DNA of 64,000 nt from assembly GCA_005790505.1 (NCBI GenBank), contig SXUP01000052.1, positions 2,490 through 66,489 of the forward strand, in the 5' to 3' direction. The stretch is from Actinomycetota bacterium (GTDB lineage: Bacteria > Actinomycetota > Acidimicrobiia > Acidimicrobiales > Ilumatobacteraceae). Below the pieces are notes generated by a model that searched no databases, was not told the origin of the DNA, and saw nothing but the letters and a program-made list of their open reading frames with translations. Position 1 is the first letter of the stretch. Each line of letters starts with the position of its first letter. The position numbers and the translations under genes were made by a program. This document shows positions 49,170 to 57,552 of the stretch, piece by piece.

Positions 49170-50399
49170 TCATGACGCCATCACTGGTCCGATTAACAAT
49201 GCCCATGCCTGTTCATTGGCTGTCAAACCGTCGCCGTCTACTACTTCAAGCAAGGCATTCGCACTTGCCGACGCCGCCAATTGGTGGCTGCCCTGTGCCC
49301 CATTGCGACGCACATGCACTCGACCATCGTTGCCCCAATAGGCAAAAACCCGATCAAAGTGAACTTTGCCGTCGCGCTTGCGCTGGAATGTCTCGTCCAC
49401 CACCACGAGCACCCTTTGGCGATATGCCCCTGCTCCGTGCCCACTCATTGTGCGCAATGCGGGGCGTGCCAACAACTCAAAACTAACCATTGAAGACACT
49501 GGATTACCTGGCAAACCAAAGACTGGAACCGTTCGCTCACCCGCCACCAACAAACCAAACGCGAACGGTTTGGCTGGTTTCATGGCAATTTGCATCCACT
49601 TCATGTCTGCAATGCGCGATAGCACGATTTTGACCACGTCATAGTCGCCCATGCTGACACCACCACTCGTGACCAACGCATCAACTCGCGTTGCAGCCTG
49701 GAGCAATGTGGCCTCCAGTAGCGCTTCGTCATCTTTGATGATTCCCAGATCAATGGCAGTTGCTCCTGCTTCTTGCACCATGCGCACAAGCATCGTGCGA
49801 TTACTCTCGCGGATCTGACCCATCTGCAGTGCTGATCCATTATCAACAAGCTCGTCTCCGGTTGACAACACGCCGACCACGGCACGCCGGTAAACCTTCA
49901 CGGTTCGAGCGTTGATGCTTGACAGGACGCCCACTGCCACCGCATTCATTTCGGTGCCCGCCCGAAAAACAACATCTCCCGTTGCGACATCAGAACCCGC
50001 TGCGCGAATCGCAGCACCACTCTTTACAGATCTTGTTATGCGCACATGAGATGCACCAACACGCATCGTGTCTTCGACCATCACAATCGCATCAGCTCCG
50101 TCTGGAATAGGAGCACCGGTCATGATTCGAATCGCCTCACCTGCACTTATTGCAATTGTGGGTGCAGCACCAGCCGCGAGTTCTCCAACAACGCGCAATT
50201 CACAAGGAACCACCCCAACATCTTGGGCCCGCACCGCATAGCCATCAACGGCAGTATTTGCAAACGGGGGAACATTCTCGGTCGCAACGACATCAGCCGC
50301 CAGCACACAACCGTATGCATCAGAAAACGAACACTCAACAACAGGCAATGCCGACATCTGTTGCCACACCGAATTAGTGGCGTCATCAAGTGAAATCAT
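49170..50399 (-). CDS. moeA: MoeA-family molybdopterin molybdenumtransferase (gephyrin E-domain-like)
   Basis: 409 aa. ...PPFANTAVDGYAV..., IRIMTGAPIPDGADAIV, LSTGDEL, TSGGVSMGDYD, FGLPGNPVSS. Confidence 0.85.
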   Translation of the reverse strand: MISLDDATNSVWQQMSALPVVECSFSDAYGCVLAADVVATENVPPFANTAVDGYAVRAQDVGVVPCELRVVGELAAGAAPTIAISAGEAIRIMTGAPIPDGADAIVMVEDTMRVGASHVRITRSVKSGAAIRAAGSDVATGDVVFRAGTEMNAVAVGVLSSINARTVKVYRRAVVGVLSTGDELVDNGSALQMGQIRESNRTMLVRMVQEAGATAIDLGIIKDDEALLEATLLQAATRVDALVTSGGVSMGDYDVVKIVLSRIADMKWMQIAMKPAKPFAFGLLVAGERTVPVFGLPGNPVSSMVSFELLARPALRTMSGHGAGAYRQRVLVVVDETFQRKRDGKVHFDRVFAYWGNDGRVHVRRNGAQGSHQLAASASANALLEVVDGDGLTANEQAWALLIGPVMAS

Positions 50400-50462
50400 G
50401 ATGAGGACGGTATCGCCATACAGAGCATGACAACATTGTTAGACCATGAAAAGTGACAGGCT

Positions 50463-51035
50463 GTGAAGATGGCAAATTATCGCGCCCTTCCCGCTAGCGG
50501 CCACAGCGCCACTTGGAGAACCTGGGATAACCAAGGTGCAAGCACTGTCAACCTGCGTTGGGAGAACGAGGCCTGGACCGCAGAAACCTCGCTTGAACAA
50601 GATAATGCGGTCTTGGTATTGCGGTTGTCTGCTTTGTGGGTGGTGCAACAGGTGCTGTTGTTTCGGGACCTAGAAGAGCCAGATCTTTGGCTCGGCACCG
50701 ACACCCATGGGAGATGGGGTGAAATCAACGGCGCTCACCGCACTGACCTTGATGGTTGCACCGATATCGATATTGCTGGTTCTCCATTTACCAACAGCAT
50801 CATTATTCATCGCACGCCTTTGCATACCGGCCACGCAATTGATCTGCGCGTCATCACCATTGATGTTGAAACTCTGGGTGTCGTAACCAAACCACACCGT
50901 TACACGCGCACAGGACAAAATACATGGAACTATTTGTCCCTGCTACAAAACACAAGTGTCGACGTGACAGTTGACGAGTTCGGATTTGTAATTGACGAAC
51001 CAAACGCCTACCGACGAATTGTTCAAAACTCCTAG
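50463..51035 (+). CDS. putative glycolipid-binding domain protein (PF06475-like)
   Basis: The pattern W...G...V.L......W.A...L and later GCTDIDIAGSPFTNSIIIHRTPL...HRYTR...VDVTVDEFGFVIDEPNAYRR resembles that family. The call rests on recollection of the family consensus only. Confidence 0.45.
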   Translation: MKMANYRALPASGHSATWRTWDNQGASTVNLRWENEAWTAETSLEQDNAVLVLRLSALWVVQQVLLFRDLEEPDLWLGTDTHGRWGEINGAHRTDLDGCTDIDIAGSPFTNSIIIHRTPLHTGHAIDLRVITIDVETLGVVTKPHRYTRTGQNTWNYLSLLQNTSVDVTVDEFGFVIDEPNAYRRIVQNS

Positions 51036-51902
51036 TTAAGACAATCGCTCCCGCAACCAGACCTCTAGTGCGGGACCAAGATCACCACGTTGTAGCGCAA
51101 TGTCGATGACGGCGGTCAACCACCCTTGGGGAGTTCCCGTGTCATAACGGGCGCTCTTGTTCATGATTCCGGTTAATGGCGACAACATGGCCTGTTCACG
51201 CAGTGCGTCAGTAAGTTGCAATTCCCCATTGGCACTCGGAACGAGGGCGTCAAGGTGTTTAAAGACATCAGCGGTCAAAACATAACGACCAATTATGATC
51301 AAATTACTCGGTGCATCTTGCTCACTTGGTTTTTCAACAACATCAATGATGCCAAATGGTCCAGGTCCAGAATCTCCCTCGCGCGGTGTGATCACTCCAT
51401 AAGCACTTACTTGATCGCGTGGCACTCGCATCAGACCGACGGCGCCCACACCAGAAGTGTGAACGGACTCTGAGAGTTGTGTGATCAAGCGAGCATCACC
51501 CATGATTTCATCGGGCAACAACACCGCAAATGGTTCGTCTCCAACGACACCTCTGGCGCACGCCACCGCATGTCCGAGTCCGCGCGGTTCATCTTGATAA
51601 ACAACGGTCACCTGCACATCTGTTCCGATTCGTGCCAAACGATCGGCAAGATCTGCTCGCCCACTCGCGCGCACTCGTTGCACAACGGTGGCGTCTGGGC
51701 GCACATATGCCTCGATACCTGGCTTGACCCGACTCGACACCAGCACGATGTGCTCAATGCCTCCGGCAATGGCCTCGTCCATCACAAGTTGCAGGGCGGG
51801 CACGTCAATGATGGGCAACAGTTCCTTGGGTACAGCCTTGGTGACGGGCAAGAACCGCGTTCCCATCCCCGCTGCTGGAATCACCGCCAAACGAGCTTTC
51901 AC
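51036..51902 (-). CDS. galU: UTP--glucose-1-phosphate uridylyltransferase
   Basis: AVIPAAGMGTRFLPVTKAVPKELLPI, ...VYQDEPRGLGHAV..., VEKP. I prefer the GTG at 51902; the track start (TTG at 51947) would leave only 18 bp to the divergent gene. Confidence 0.85.
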   Translation of the reverse strand: MKARLAVIPAAGMGTRFLPVTKAVPKELLPIIDVPALQLVMDEAIAGGIEHIVLVSSRVKPGIEAYVRPDATVVQRVRASGRADLADRLARIGTDVQVTVVYQDEPRGLGHAVACARGVVGDEPFAVLLPDEIMGDARLITQLSESVHTSGVGAVGLMRVPRDQVSAYGVITPREGDSGPGPFGIIDVVEKPSEQDAPSNLIIIGRYVLTADVFKHLDALVPSANGELQLTDALREQAMLSPLTGIMNKSARYDTGTPQGWLTAVIDIALQRGDLGPALEVWLRERLS

Positions 51903-51965
51903 AATCTTGAACCCTACTCGGATACGATTTAACTCCTCACCCCCCAACTTCCACGGAGACCCCTG

Positions 51966-52313
51966 TTGCCTACCTATGTCTATAAATTCATCGACTCAGA
52001 TGAGACCATCGAGGTGTATCAGGCTTTTAGTGACGACCCCCTGACTCAGGCTCCACATCCCAGCGACGGTTCGCTACGTCCTGTTAAGAAAGTTTTCACT
52101 CCTGTGGGCATCACATTCAAAGGTGGGGGCTTCTACAAGACCGACAGTTCAAAAAGCACCACAGCCACAACACCTCCAGGAAATACAGCAACTGCAGAGC
52201 CAACAAAATCTGAGACGGCCAAGTCAGAAACAAGCACGGCGACAACAGTTGCGCCGAGTGCACCAACACCCAGCCCTACAAGTGCACCAAAAACAAGTCC
52301 AACTTCTGATTAA
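51966..52313 (+). CDS. FmdB/Rv0991c-family protein lacking all four zinc-ribbon cysteines, with a Thr/Ala/Pro/Ser-rich tail
   Basis: TTG start 7 nt after GGAG. MPTYVYKFIDSDETIEVYQAFSDDPLTQAPHPSDGSLRPVKKVF..VGITFKGGGFYKTDS compares with the canonical MPTYEYxCxxCG..FEV.Q...D..LT.CP.CGG.L.K....VG..FKGSGFY.TD. Confidence 0.65.
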   Translation: MPTYVYKFIDSDETIEVYQAFSDDPLTQAPHPSDGSLRPVKKVFTPVGITFKGGGFYKTDSSKSTTATTPPGNTATAEPTKSETAKSETSTATTVAPSAPTPSPTSAPKTSPTSD

Positions 52314-52352
52314 TTAGAACCACTCGGCGGATTACATGCACACATTGCATGC

Positions 52353-52964
52353 ATGCCCAAGTTGCCCCGCATTCAGGTCAGCAGAATTATTGATGCAATC
52401 ATCTTGGCGGCTGAATCCAATCGTCGTTGGCAATTAGTTGCCGCTGGTTTGTTGTCGACCCTGTGTGTGCTCGTCATCTTTGAGGCCACCAGTGACTCTC
52501 GTGCCGAACGCGCAAGATGGGGCTCAGTATCGCCTGCGCTTGTCGCCACGACCGACATTATCCCTGGCACTGTTCTCACGAAAGCAAACACTGCGCGTCT
52601 TCAGGCTCCCCAGCATCTTGTTCCCCGAACGGCACTCGATGCATTGCGTCTTGGCATGACAGCGTCTCGTCAAATTTTGACATCATCTATTATCACTGCC
52701 ATTGACATAACAAGTGGTGATGAAATCACCTTGCCAGATGGCTGGCGAATTGTGGCATTTCCATCTGATCTCATTATCCCTGAACTTGAAAAAGGCAACT
52801 TTGTTGATGTGGTGACCGCTGGAGCGGTGATTGTTGCCGACGCGATTGTGACGACACCGGTAACCAAAGAACGAGGAGTCGAGATCGCGGTGCCAGCAGA
52901 TATCGCCGCCACCGTTGCTGCGGCAATAAATAATGGCGATACGTCACTCGTGGCGTCTAGTTGA
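52353..52964 (+). CDS. SAF-domain (CpaB-like) membrane-anchored protein
   Basis: N-terminal TM (WQLVAAGLLSTLCVLVIF), then ...VATTDIIPGTVLTKANTARLQAPQHLVP..., a SAF-like pattern. Position after the FmdB-like gene matches other actinobacteria. Confidence 0.5.
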   Translation: MPKLPRIQVSRIIDAIILAAESNRRWQLVAAGLLSTLCVLVIFEATSDSRAERARWGSVSPALVATTDIIPGTVLTKANTARLQAPQHLVPRTALDALRLGMTASRQILTSSIITAIDITSGDEITLPDGWRIVAFPSDLIIPELEKGNFVDVVTAGAVIVADAIVTTPVTKERGVEIAVPADIAATVAAAINNGDTSLVASS

Positions 52965-52972
52965 TGCGCTTT

Positions 52973-53803
52973 TCAACGCCATGTGGTGGCTGAAATCAAA
53001 AGCACGGCTACACCTGCCGCAATGCGATATATCACAAACGGTTTGAAGCTACGCGTAGTCACGATTTTCATCAACGTAGCAATTGCCAACCAACCAGAGA
53101 TTGCTGCGGCAACCACCCCCACAATCATTGGGGTGACGAATCCGCTAGGCACGCCATCACGAACTAATTTGGCAAGTTTAAAGACGACCGCTCCACCAAT
53201 CACGGGCACACTCATCAAAAATGAAACCCGTGCTGCTGCGGGTCGCGTGAATCCAGCCGACCGCGCTGCCGTGATGGTGATACCCGAGCGCGATGTACCT
53301 GGATTAAGTGCCAAAGCCTGAGCAATACCCACGCGCCACGCATCCTGCGTGGTGAACGAATCCTCTTGACGTGACCCAGTCAAGTTATCTGCCCAAGCCA
53401 AGAGCACCCCGAACACGATCAACGACAATCCGATGAGCCACGGTTTGCCAAGCGTGTCGTCAATCCATGTATCCAGTAGAGCACCGACTAATGCTGCTGG
53501 AATCGTTGCCAAAATGAACAGCCATGCTGTTCGACCGTGTGTAGTCGAGTCTTGACGACGGCGCGTCGCATATTGCCAACCATCGCGAACATAAGAAGAC
53601 AAATCACGCCAAAAAAATCCGATTACGGCAATCAGCGTTCCCAAATGCAACGCCACGTCAAAGGCTTTTTTTACGGCGATGTCGGCAAAATCATTCCAGC
53701 CAAACAACCATGGAACCAACACCAGGTGACCACTTGAAGAGATCGGCAAAAACTCTGATAGCCCCTGCACAATTCCCAACACAATGGCATGCAGAAGCGA
53801 CAA
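52973..53803 (-). CDS. uppP: undecaprenyl-diphosphate phosphatase
   Basis: LLHAIVLGIVQGLSEFLPISSSGHL and ...PGTSRSGITI..., the UppP/BacA signatures. Confidence 0.85.
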   Translation of the reverse strand: MSLLHAIVLGIVQGLSEFLPISSSGHLVLVPWLFGWNDFADIAVKKAFDVALHLGTLIAVIGFFWRDLSSYVRDGWQYATRRRQDSTTHGRTAWLFILATIPAALVGALLDTWIDDTLGKPWLIGLSLIVFGVLLAWADNLTGSRQEDSFTTQDAWRVGIAQALALNPGTSRSGITITAARSAGFTRPAAARVSFLMSVPVIGGAVVFKLAKLVRDGVPSGFVTPMIVGVVAAAISGWLAIATLMKIVTTRSFKPFVIYRIAAGVAVLLISATTWR

Positions 53804-53807
53804 CTGA

Positions 53808-55160
53808 TTAGACCCCGCTCATCGTGATCTCGTTGATCACTAGACTTACCCCGACAGCACTCATTGGAAGCCATTCTATATCTGCACCGACTGCGGCAAT
53901 GTCAAGCAACATACGTTGCAATGTTGAAGCAATAGTGAATTCACGCACCGGTTCGGCGGTGACACCATTTCTTATCATCAACCCGGATGCGCCTGTCGAG
54001 AAATCACCAGAAATCGCGTTCACACCGCTGTGAATTCCTTGAACACTCTGAATTAACACGCCATCATCAATGTCGGCGATTAGTTCCTGTTGTGATTTTG
54101 TGCCAAGCCCGACCTGCAAAGCCAAACATCCAACACCCGGTGTGCCGCTGCCCCGAATCGCATTACCGGTGCTTGACGTTTGGGCACGACGCGCGCTGTA
54201 GGACGAATGGATAAACATCTGCAGAACCCCGTCACGCATCAAAACATTGCGCCTCGCGGCCAACCCTTCTCCATCAATGTCAGTTGCACTGTAGGCCCGG
54301 GAATCAGTTGGATCGTCAATCAAAGTAAACACAGGTGACGCCACTGCCTCACCTAATCTGTTGGCGAAAATACTTCTACCTTTTGAGACAGCTTCTCCGT
54401 TCAATGTAGAGCCGATGATGCTCAAAAAACTTGCAGTCACGAAAGGGTCTAACACCACGGTCGTGCGCTTGGTGGCAGGTTTGACTGCGCCCAACAAACG
54501 AGTCGCACGATCAACCCCGTCGCGCGCTGCTTTATTTAGGTCGAACTCATCGGGATATTTGCCCACTGCAAAACCCCAACCTGTTTGAGTTTCACCATTG
54601 TCATCGGCAAGAGTGCTAACCGAGGTGTAGCAGCCATTCTCGCGACCACTCACCCGAATTCCTTTGGTGGTGGCAAAGGCTGACTCCACCGAGCCATCGC
54701 TGTAGTCAGCAGAATCAATGCGCACCCGAGAATCAATACCCAAAGTCAAACGTTCAAGTTCTTTGGTGAGCTCAATCTTGCGCGCCGTCGGATACGACTC
54801 AAGTTTTTCATTCCACAACTCTTGTTCGACAACCGCAACCCCATCTGGATCGGCTAGGCCTGCCCACTCATCAACTGAACCAAGTTCGGCATTTTCGCGA
54901 GCCTCGGCCAATACTTCGGCCAAAGCCGACTGATCAAGGGTGCCAGCATAAGAAGTTCCAGTTCTGCCGTTGCTGATGACGCGAACATTGATGCCTTGAC
55001 TTTGGGCCGACACAAAATGTTCTACGTTGCCCTCATACACACGCACTTCCGTTTCATGTGCTCGAGACACGAAGGCCTCAATCTCTTCTCCCTTTTTTGC
55101 TTGCGCCACTATTCGGTCGGCGATTGCTTGCAGTTCACCCGTTGTCGACACAGCACTCAT
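53808..55160 (-). CDS. pmbA: TldE/PmbA-family metalloprotease subunit
   Basis: 450 aa, C-terminal ...GDFSTGASGLMIRNG... pattern, no HExxxH motif. Translationally coupled to tldD. Confidence 0.8.
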   Translation of the reverse strand: MSAVSTTGELQAIADRIVAQAKKGEEIEAFVSRAHETEVRVYEGNVEHFVSAQSQGINVRVISNGRTGTSYAGTLDQSALAEVLAEARENAELGSVDEWAGLADPDGVAVVEQELWNEKLESYPTARKIELTKELERLTLGIDSRVRIDSADYSDGSVESAFATTKGIRVSGRENGCYTSVSTLADDNGETQTGWGFAVGKYPDEFDLNKAARDGVDRATRLLGAVKPATKRTTVVLDPFVTASFLSIIGSTLNGEAVSKGRSIFANRLGEAVASPVFTLIDDPTDSRAYSATDIDGEGLAARRNVLMRDGVLQMFIHSSYSARRAQTSSTGNAIRGSGTPGVGCLALQVGLGTKSQQELIADIDDGVLIQSVQGIHSGVNAISGDFSTGASGLMIRNGVTAEPVREFTIASTLQRMLLDIAAVGADIEWLPMSAVGVSLVINEITMSGV

Positions 55161-56572
55161 GCTGCTGTGCCACCAATCGTGAGGGATTTAACTCGCAGAG
55201 TTGGCTGACCATCGCCAACGGGCACCCCTTGACCGTCCTTCCCACATGTTCCAGGACCACCCATTGCAAAGTCATTACCCAAGAGGTCGATGTCTTTTAA
55301 TACTTGGGGTCCGTTGCCGATGAGATTTCCCTCACGCAATGGCTCGGTGATTTCTCCGTTCTCAATGAGATATGCCTCGGTCATGCCGAACACAAAATCG
55401 CCACTTGCCGTGTCAACACTGCCACCACCAAGTTTGGCGACATAAACACCACTCGGAGTATTTTTGATGATGTCTTCTGGATCCTGTGTTCCGTTCAGCA
55501 CAAAAGTGTTCGTCATGCGCACCATTGGCAGATGCGAATATGACTGTCTGCGGCCGTTGCCGGTTTGTGGTCGCTTCTCGTTTCGCGCTCGAATGTAGTC
55601 CCACATGTATTCCGTCAGCACGCCATTTTCAATCAAGACGTTGCGCTTGCTCAGGTGGCCTTCGTCGTCAATGCCAATCGCCCCCCATTCTGCTGTCATG
55701 GTCCCGTCGTCCACCAATGTGACAAGGGGGGACGCCACGAGTTCACCGCGACGATCTTTGTAAACACTGGCCCCTTTTGCCACGAGATCTGCTTCGAGTC
55801 CATGTCCACATGCCTCATGAAATAACACACCGCCCGAACCACACTTGATGACGACTGGCACAGCACCCGACGGAGCAGGACGGGCTCGCAGTTTGACAAT
55901 GGCCTGGCGCGCAGCTCGGGCGGCGAGTTCTGCGACATCATTGTCATCGAACATCTCAAACCCCATCGTGTGTCCGAGAGATTCATAACCCGTTTGCATT
56001 CCGGAGTCCCCATTGGCAACGGCGCTGATTCTAAAAATTGTCCGCACCTGTTCATCAGTTGCGAACACGCCATCGCTGTTGGCAACTAAAATGCGCTTTA
56101 TGCTGTCGGCGTAACCCGCAGAGACTTGCACAATTGCTCCATCAATCGAGCGCGCTGCATCATTTGCCTGCATCAGCAACTCAACTTTGCGACTTTTTGC
56201 CACGCTGCTTGGCACTACTCGCACGCTGTTGACACTTTGTCGAACCATTGGACCAAATGCAACGGTGTGCACACCTCCGCCACCTTGGGCCGCAGCAGCA
56301 GCGGCTGCTTCTGCGGCTGCCAGCAAGCCATTCTCTGATAAGTCCGCTGTATGTGCGAACCCGGTCGTATCTCCGGCGATCACACGAATTCCTGCCCCCC
56401 TATCCCGACCACTTGTTACTTGCTCTACCTTGCCGTCATCAAGACCCGCCGACGTCGCCCGTTTGTCCTCTATATATATCTCTGCGAAATCTGCCCCTGT
56501 GGCACGACCTGCAGTCAGTGCTCGAGCAAGAACAGATGCGTCAATTTCATGAGAGAGATCAGTTATGGTCAC
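55157..56572 (-). CDS. tldD: TldD metalloprotease
   Basis: HEACGHGLE metal site and GDFVFGMTEAYLIENGE. Start set at the GTG at 56572 (MTITDLSHEID..., about 471 aa); the track ORF begins at 56671. Confidence 0.85.
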   Translation of the reverse strand: MTITDLSHEIDASVLARALTAGRATGADFAEIYIEDKRATSAGLDDGKVEQVTSGRDRGAGIRVIAGDTTGFAHTADLSENGLLAAAEAAAAAAAQGGGGVHTVAFGPMVRQSVNSVRVVPSSVAKSRKVELLMQANDAARSIDGAIVQVSAGYADSIKRILVANSDGVFATDEQVRTIFRISAVANGDSGMQTGYESLGHTMGFEMFDDNDVAELAARAARQAIVKLRARPAPSGAVPVVIKCGSGGVLFHEACGHGLEADLVAKGASVYKDRRGELVASPLVTLVDDGTMTAEWGAIGIDDEGHLSKRNVLIENGVLTEYMWDYIRARNEKRPQTGNGRRQSYSHLPMVRMTNTFVLNGTQDPEDIIKNTPSGVYVAKLGGGSVDTASGDFVFGMTEAYLIENGEITEPLREGNLIGNGPQVLKDIDLLGNDFAMGGPGTCGKDGQGVPVGDGQPTLRVKSLTIGGTAA

Positions 56573-56640
56573 GCCCCATACCCTACCGAAACCATCAGCA
56601 ACAGCCCCATGCGTGCGACCTTCTAATATATGGAAACGAT

Positions 56641-57525
56641 ATGGATTCTTCGCCACGCCCTGAAAGTTCACTAACTCGGGTTCATATCACCAAATGGTGG
56701 AAAGAAGTTGGTCTTCTTTTGTCCGTCTACGGAATTTACACCGCCACTCGCAATACCTTTGGTTCTGCCTTCATCAATGGCACAGATATCCCCTTGCACG
56801 CCTTCAACAATGCGATGAAAATTATCCGATTAGAACGGGTCCTCGGTTTGTTTCACGAAGAAACTATTCAACAATGGTTCTTGCCATATCTCACAATTGT
56901 GCAATTTTTCAACACTTATTACGGAACTGCCCACTTTGGTGTCACGATTGGCGTCTTTATTATTTTATTTCGCCGAAGAAAAGACGTTTTCCCTCTTTTT
57001 CGAAATGCACTCGTTATAACCACGATTATTGCTCTCGCTGGCTTTGCGCTGTTCCCTCTCATGCCTCCCCGACTTCTTGACGCACCATGTCCATCTGAAG
57101 GCATTGGTTACGGCGGAGCATGTATTGAAACAGAACTTCGAAACTACAATGAAGCGTCAAATTTTGGATTCTCCGACACTCTCAAAGAATTTGGTGGACC
57201 CTGGAACTTTGATTCGGGCGGTATCGCAAAACTTTCCAATCAATATGCTGCCATGCCTAGTTTGCACATTGGTTGGGCATGTTGGTGCGCCTTTGGAATC
57301 TGGCCCCTAGTGCGCCGACGATGGCTGCGCATCGCCGTCTTGTTGTATCCCGTGCTCACTTTGTTGTGCATCATTGTGACCGGAAATCATTATTGGATTG
57401 ATGGTGTCGGAGGTCTCATCGCACTAGGTTTCGGCTTTGCATTTGGAGCCCGACTGCATTTCTGGAACCAGCATCGACTGGACGCGAAATTTGCCATGAT
57501 TCAGCAAAGCCATCCTGCTGGCTAG
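56641..57525 (+). CDS. PAP2-superfamily membrane protein (PAP2_3 type), paralogue of 26251-27165
   Basis: ...LFPLMPPRLL..., AAMPSLHIGWACWCAF, GNHYWIDGVGG. Start set at the ATG at 56641; the track ORF from 56248 is antisense to tldD. Confidence 0.6.
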   Translation: MDSSPRPESSLTRVHITKWWKEVGLLLSVYGIYTATRNTFGSAFINGTDIPLHAFNNAMKIIRLERVLGLFHEETIQQWFLPYLTIVQFFNTYYGTAHFGVTIGVFIILFRRRKDVFPLFRNALVITTIIALAGFALFPLMPPRLLDAPCPSEGIGYGGACIETELRNYNEASNFGFSDTLKEFGGPWNFDSGGIAKLSNQYAAMPSLHIGWACWCAFGIWPLVRRRWLRIAVLLYPVLTLLCIIVTGNHYWIDGVGGLIALGFGFAFGARLHFWNQHRLDAKFAMIQQSHPAG

Positions 57526-57552
57526 GTCTCTACAGGTAGCCTTACAGAACCC

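Noticed and set aside
53808-56572. TldD/PmbA as a RiPP (microcin-type) maturation locus.
   Set aside because: No precursor peptide, cyclodehydratase or immunity genes are adjacent. The pair occurs widely as a housekeeping protease couple.
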